Assembly (NCBI GenBank): GCA_038087875.1
Contig: CM075994.1
Coordinates: forward strand, 10,356,001-10,420,000
Direction of reading: 5' to 3'
Origin: Malacoraja senta
Lineage: Eukaryota
Length of the DNA: 64,000 nt
A model generated the notes under the pieces. It was given only the letters and a program-made list of their open reading frames with translations, had not been told where the DNA came from and did not search any database. A program made the position numbers and the translations under genes. Of this stretch, positions 60,968 to 64,000 are shown in pieces. Position 1 is the stretch's first letter. Each line of letters opens with the position of its first letter.

Positions 60968-62160
60968 AAATTTTCATTAGGCAATAAATAGTATTGTGTA
61001 GGCTAATGGGACTGAAGGATGATAAATTCCCGGGGCCTGATTATCTGCATCCCAGAGTCCTCAGGGAGGTGGCTCTAGAAATAGTGGACGCATTGGTGAT
61101 CATTTACCAATGTTCAATAGATTCAGGATCAGTTCCTGTGGATTGCAGGATAGCTAATGTTATCCCACTTTTCAAGAAAGGAGCGAGAGAGAAAACGGGG
61201 AATTATAGACCAGTTAGCCTGACTTCGGTGGAGGGAAAGATGCTGGAGTCAATTATTAAAGAGGTAATAATGGGGCATTTGGATAGAAGTAAAAGGATTA
61301 GTCCAAGTCAACATGGATTTATGAAAGGGAAATCATGCTTGACTAATCTTCTGGAATTTTTTGAGGATGTGACAAGTGAAATGGATGAAGGGAAGCCAGT
61401 GGATGTAGTGTATCTAGACTTTCAGAAACCCTTTGATAAGGTCCCGCATGGGAGACTGGTGACTAAAATTAGAGCACATGGTATTGGGGGTAGGGTGTTG
61501 ACGTGGATAGAAAATTGGTTGGCAGACAGGAAGCAAAGAGTAGGAGTGAACGGGTCCTTTTCAGAATGGCAGGCAGTGTCGAGTGGAGTGCCGCAAGGCT
61601 CGGTGTTGGGGCCGCAACTGTTTGCCAAATATATTAATGATTTAGAAGAGGAAATTAGGAGCATCACTAGCAAGTTTGCGGATGAGACAAAGCTGGATGG
61701 CAGTGTGAACTGTTAGGAGGTTGCAGGGTGACCTGGACAGGTTGAGTGAGTGGGCAGATACGTGGCAGATGCAGTATAATATAGATAAATGTGAGGTTAT
61801 CCACTTTGGTGGTAAAAACAAGGGGGCAGATTATTATCCCAATGGAGTTAGGTTAGGTAAGGGGAAGGTACAGCGAGACCTGGGTGTTCTTGTACACCGG
61901 TCACTGAAAGTTGGTGTGCAGGAACAGCAGGCAGTGAAGAAAGCTAATGGAATGTTGGCCCTCAAAAGAAGAGGATTTCAGTATAGGAGTAGAGAGGTTC
62001 TTCTTCAGTTGTATAGGGCTCTGGTAAGACCACATCTGGAGTATTGCGTACAGTTTTGGTCCCCTAATTTGAGGAAGGACATCCTTGTGATTGAGGCAGT
62101 GCAGCGTAGGTACACAAGATTGATCCCTGGGATGGCGGGACTGTCATATGAGGAAAGATG
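60968..62160 (+). mobile_element. CR1 RT fragment in intron 2 of TRIM-D
   Basis: ORFs 60994-61716 and 61721-62161 with RT motifs. Confidence 0.92.
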
Positions 62161-62224
62161 ATCAGAGCTCCCGTGGATTTGGAAGCATTTGGAAAAAATT
62201 AGGCAATTTATCAATCAATATAAG

Positions 62225-64000
62225 CATTTGGCTCTGAGGGAGCGGCAGTGAGGGAGCGGCCTTGTGAGAAAAGTGCAAGTCTTTGGCTCGAGAGTCTTCG
62301 GCGAGGAGGCTGAGGAGAAGAGGCTACGCAAAACGCTGGAGAGGGAGAGACGAAAGAAGGTGATGTCAAGCAAGCTGATTCAGTGTGATGCTTGCAGTAT
62401 GTGGGAGGACAAGGACACTGCTGGTGCCTCTGGCTGCTACAAATGTGAGAAGTGCATCCAGGTACAGCTCCTGAAGGACCATGTAGGGGAACTGGAGAAG
62501 CAAGTGGATGACCTCAGGTTCGTCCGAGAAACTGAGTCGTTCCTCGACAAGTCCTACAGTAAGATTGTTACACCTAAGGTACTGGAAGAGAGAAAGTGGG
62601 TGACGGTGAGAAATGGAGGGAAACATGGAATGCAAAGGTCCCCGGGTGTTGTACCTCTTGTGAACAGGTTCGCCCACTTAGAAGCTGTCGGGACAGAAGA
62701 AGTTATCACACTGAACGGCGGACTGGCTTGCGAAGCAAAAAGGGCTGTTGAGCCAAAACCAAAGAGGTCAATGTCAGACAACGCCATTGTAGTTGGAGAC
62801 TCCATTGTGAGAGGTACAGACAGGGATTTCTGCGGCAACTGACGGGATTCTAGGATGGTGTGCTGCCTTCCTGGTGCCAGGATCCAGGATGTCACGGACA
62901 GAGTGCAGAAAATCCTCAAGGGCGAAGGTGAACAGCCGGAAGTGGTAGTGCATGTCGGCACAAACGATGTCGGAAAGAGGGGGATGATTATTCTGCAGCG
63001 TGCCTTTAGAGAGCTCGGAAAAATGCTGAAAAGCAGGACTTCCAGGGTTGTTATCTCCGGTTTGCTTCCAGTTCCTCGTGCTGGCGAGAGCAGGAACAGG
63101 GAGATACGGGACCTGAATGTGTGGCTGAGGAACTGGTGCAAGGGGCAGGGATTTAGATTCTTAGATCACTGGGATCTGTTTTGGAGTAAGGGGGAACTGT
63201 ACAAAAGGGACGGATTGCATCTTAACAGGTGGGGGACCAGCATTCTGGCAGGTAGGTTTGCCACTGCTACACGGGTGGTTTTAAACTGAATAAGGGGGGT
63301 GGGGTGTCAAATGGAAGTCGAGAATGGAGTTAAAGGGAAAGAGAGTAAAGGGAGGGTTACTAACCCAGAATTAACAGGAAAGGAAGCTCACAAAGGGATA
63401 GGAGAGTATGGCCAAGTGTAATAGGGATCGATGTGAAAGGTGAGATGCGTAAGGAATTAAAAGTATTGTATATGAATGCGCGAAGTATAAGAAGTAAAGT
63501 AGATGAGTTTGAGACTCAGTTACAGGTTGGTAGATATTACATTGTGGGGATTACTGAGACGTGGCTGCAGGAGAATCGGGCCTGGGAACTTTAATATTCA
63601 GGGTTATACATCCTATAGAAAGGACAGACAGGTGGGCAGAGGAGGGGGGGTAGCTTTGCTGGTGAGGGATGGAATTCAGTCCCTTGCGATGGAAGAAATA
63701 GGGACTGACGAGGTAGAGTCACTGTGGATTGAGTTGAGGAATTGTAAAGGCAAGAAGACACTAATTGGAGTTATTTACAGACCCCCAAATAGTAGCCCGG
63801 ATGTAGGTGTAAGTTGCAGCAGGAGTTAAAACTGGCATGTAACAAAGGTAATGCCACTGTGGTGATGGGGATTTCAATATGCAGGTAGACTGGGAAAATC
63901 AGGTTGGTTCAGGACCCCAAGAAAGAGAGTTTGTAGAATGCCTCCGAGATGGATTCTTAGAGCAGCTTGTAATGGAGCCGACCAGAGAAAAGGCAATTCT
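62225..64000 (+). mobile_element. CR1 5' portion (ORF1 and start of ORF2 endonuclease), runs off the window
   Basis: CDACSMW...CEKC, GDSIVRG, HVGTND, DGLHLN, then MNARSIRSKVDE; stops and frameshifts present. Confidence 0.92.

Overview
Repeat-rich vertebrate genomic DNA, most likely a cartilaginous fish (inferred from HE1-type tRNA SINEs, abundant CR1 LINEs and Penelope elements). The window holds part of a tandem cluster of class C-IV TRIM genes (RING, B-box2, coiled coil, PRY-SPRY/B30.2; TRIM39/A33/nuclear factor 7-like) with six coding exons of about 410/96/234/23/119/535 nt. There are four copies. A (887-1117, +) is a two-exon relic. B (7767-19521, +) has a 1-nt frameshift in the RING. C (31720-36144, +) has a 2-nt frameshift in exon 3. 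D (50126 to beyond 60594, -) has intact exons 3-6 and lies tail-to-tail with C. The PRY-SPRY loops of B, C and D are hypervariable, while the flanking intron end and 3'UTR are nearly identical. Between C and D lie non-autonomous Helitrons and a deeply nested insertion stack. That stack includes a young, internally deleted, probably tRNA-Ser-primed endogenous retrovirus with apparently identical 711-bp LTRs and a 4-bp TSD. Also present: Penelope repeats carrying minimal hammerhead-ribozyme motifs, two CA...TG-ended DNA elements with 5-bp TSDs, a composite CR1 insertion that appears to have captured 2.3 kb, and a near-full-length CR1 with a tandemly amplified ORF1 start. All alignments and counts were done by eye.
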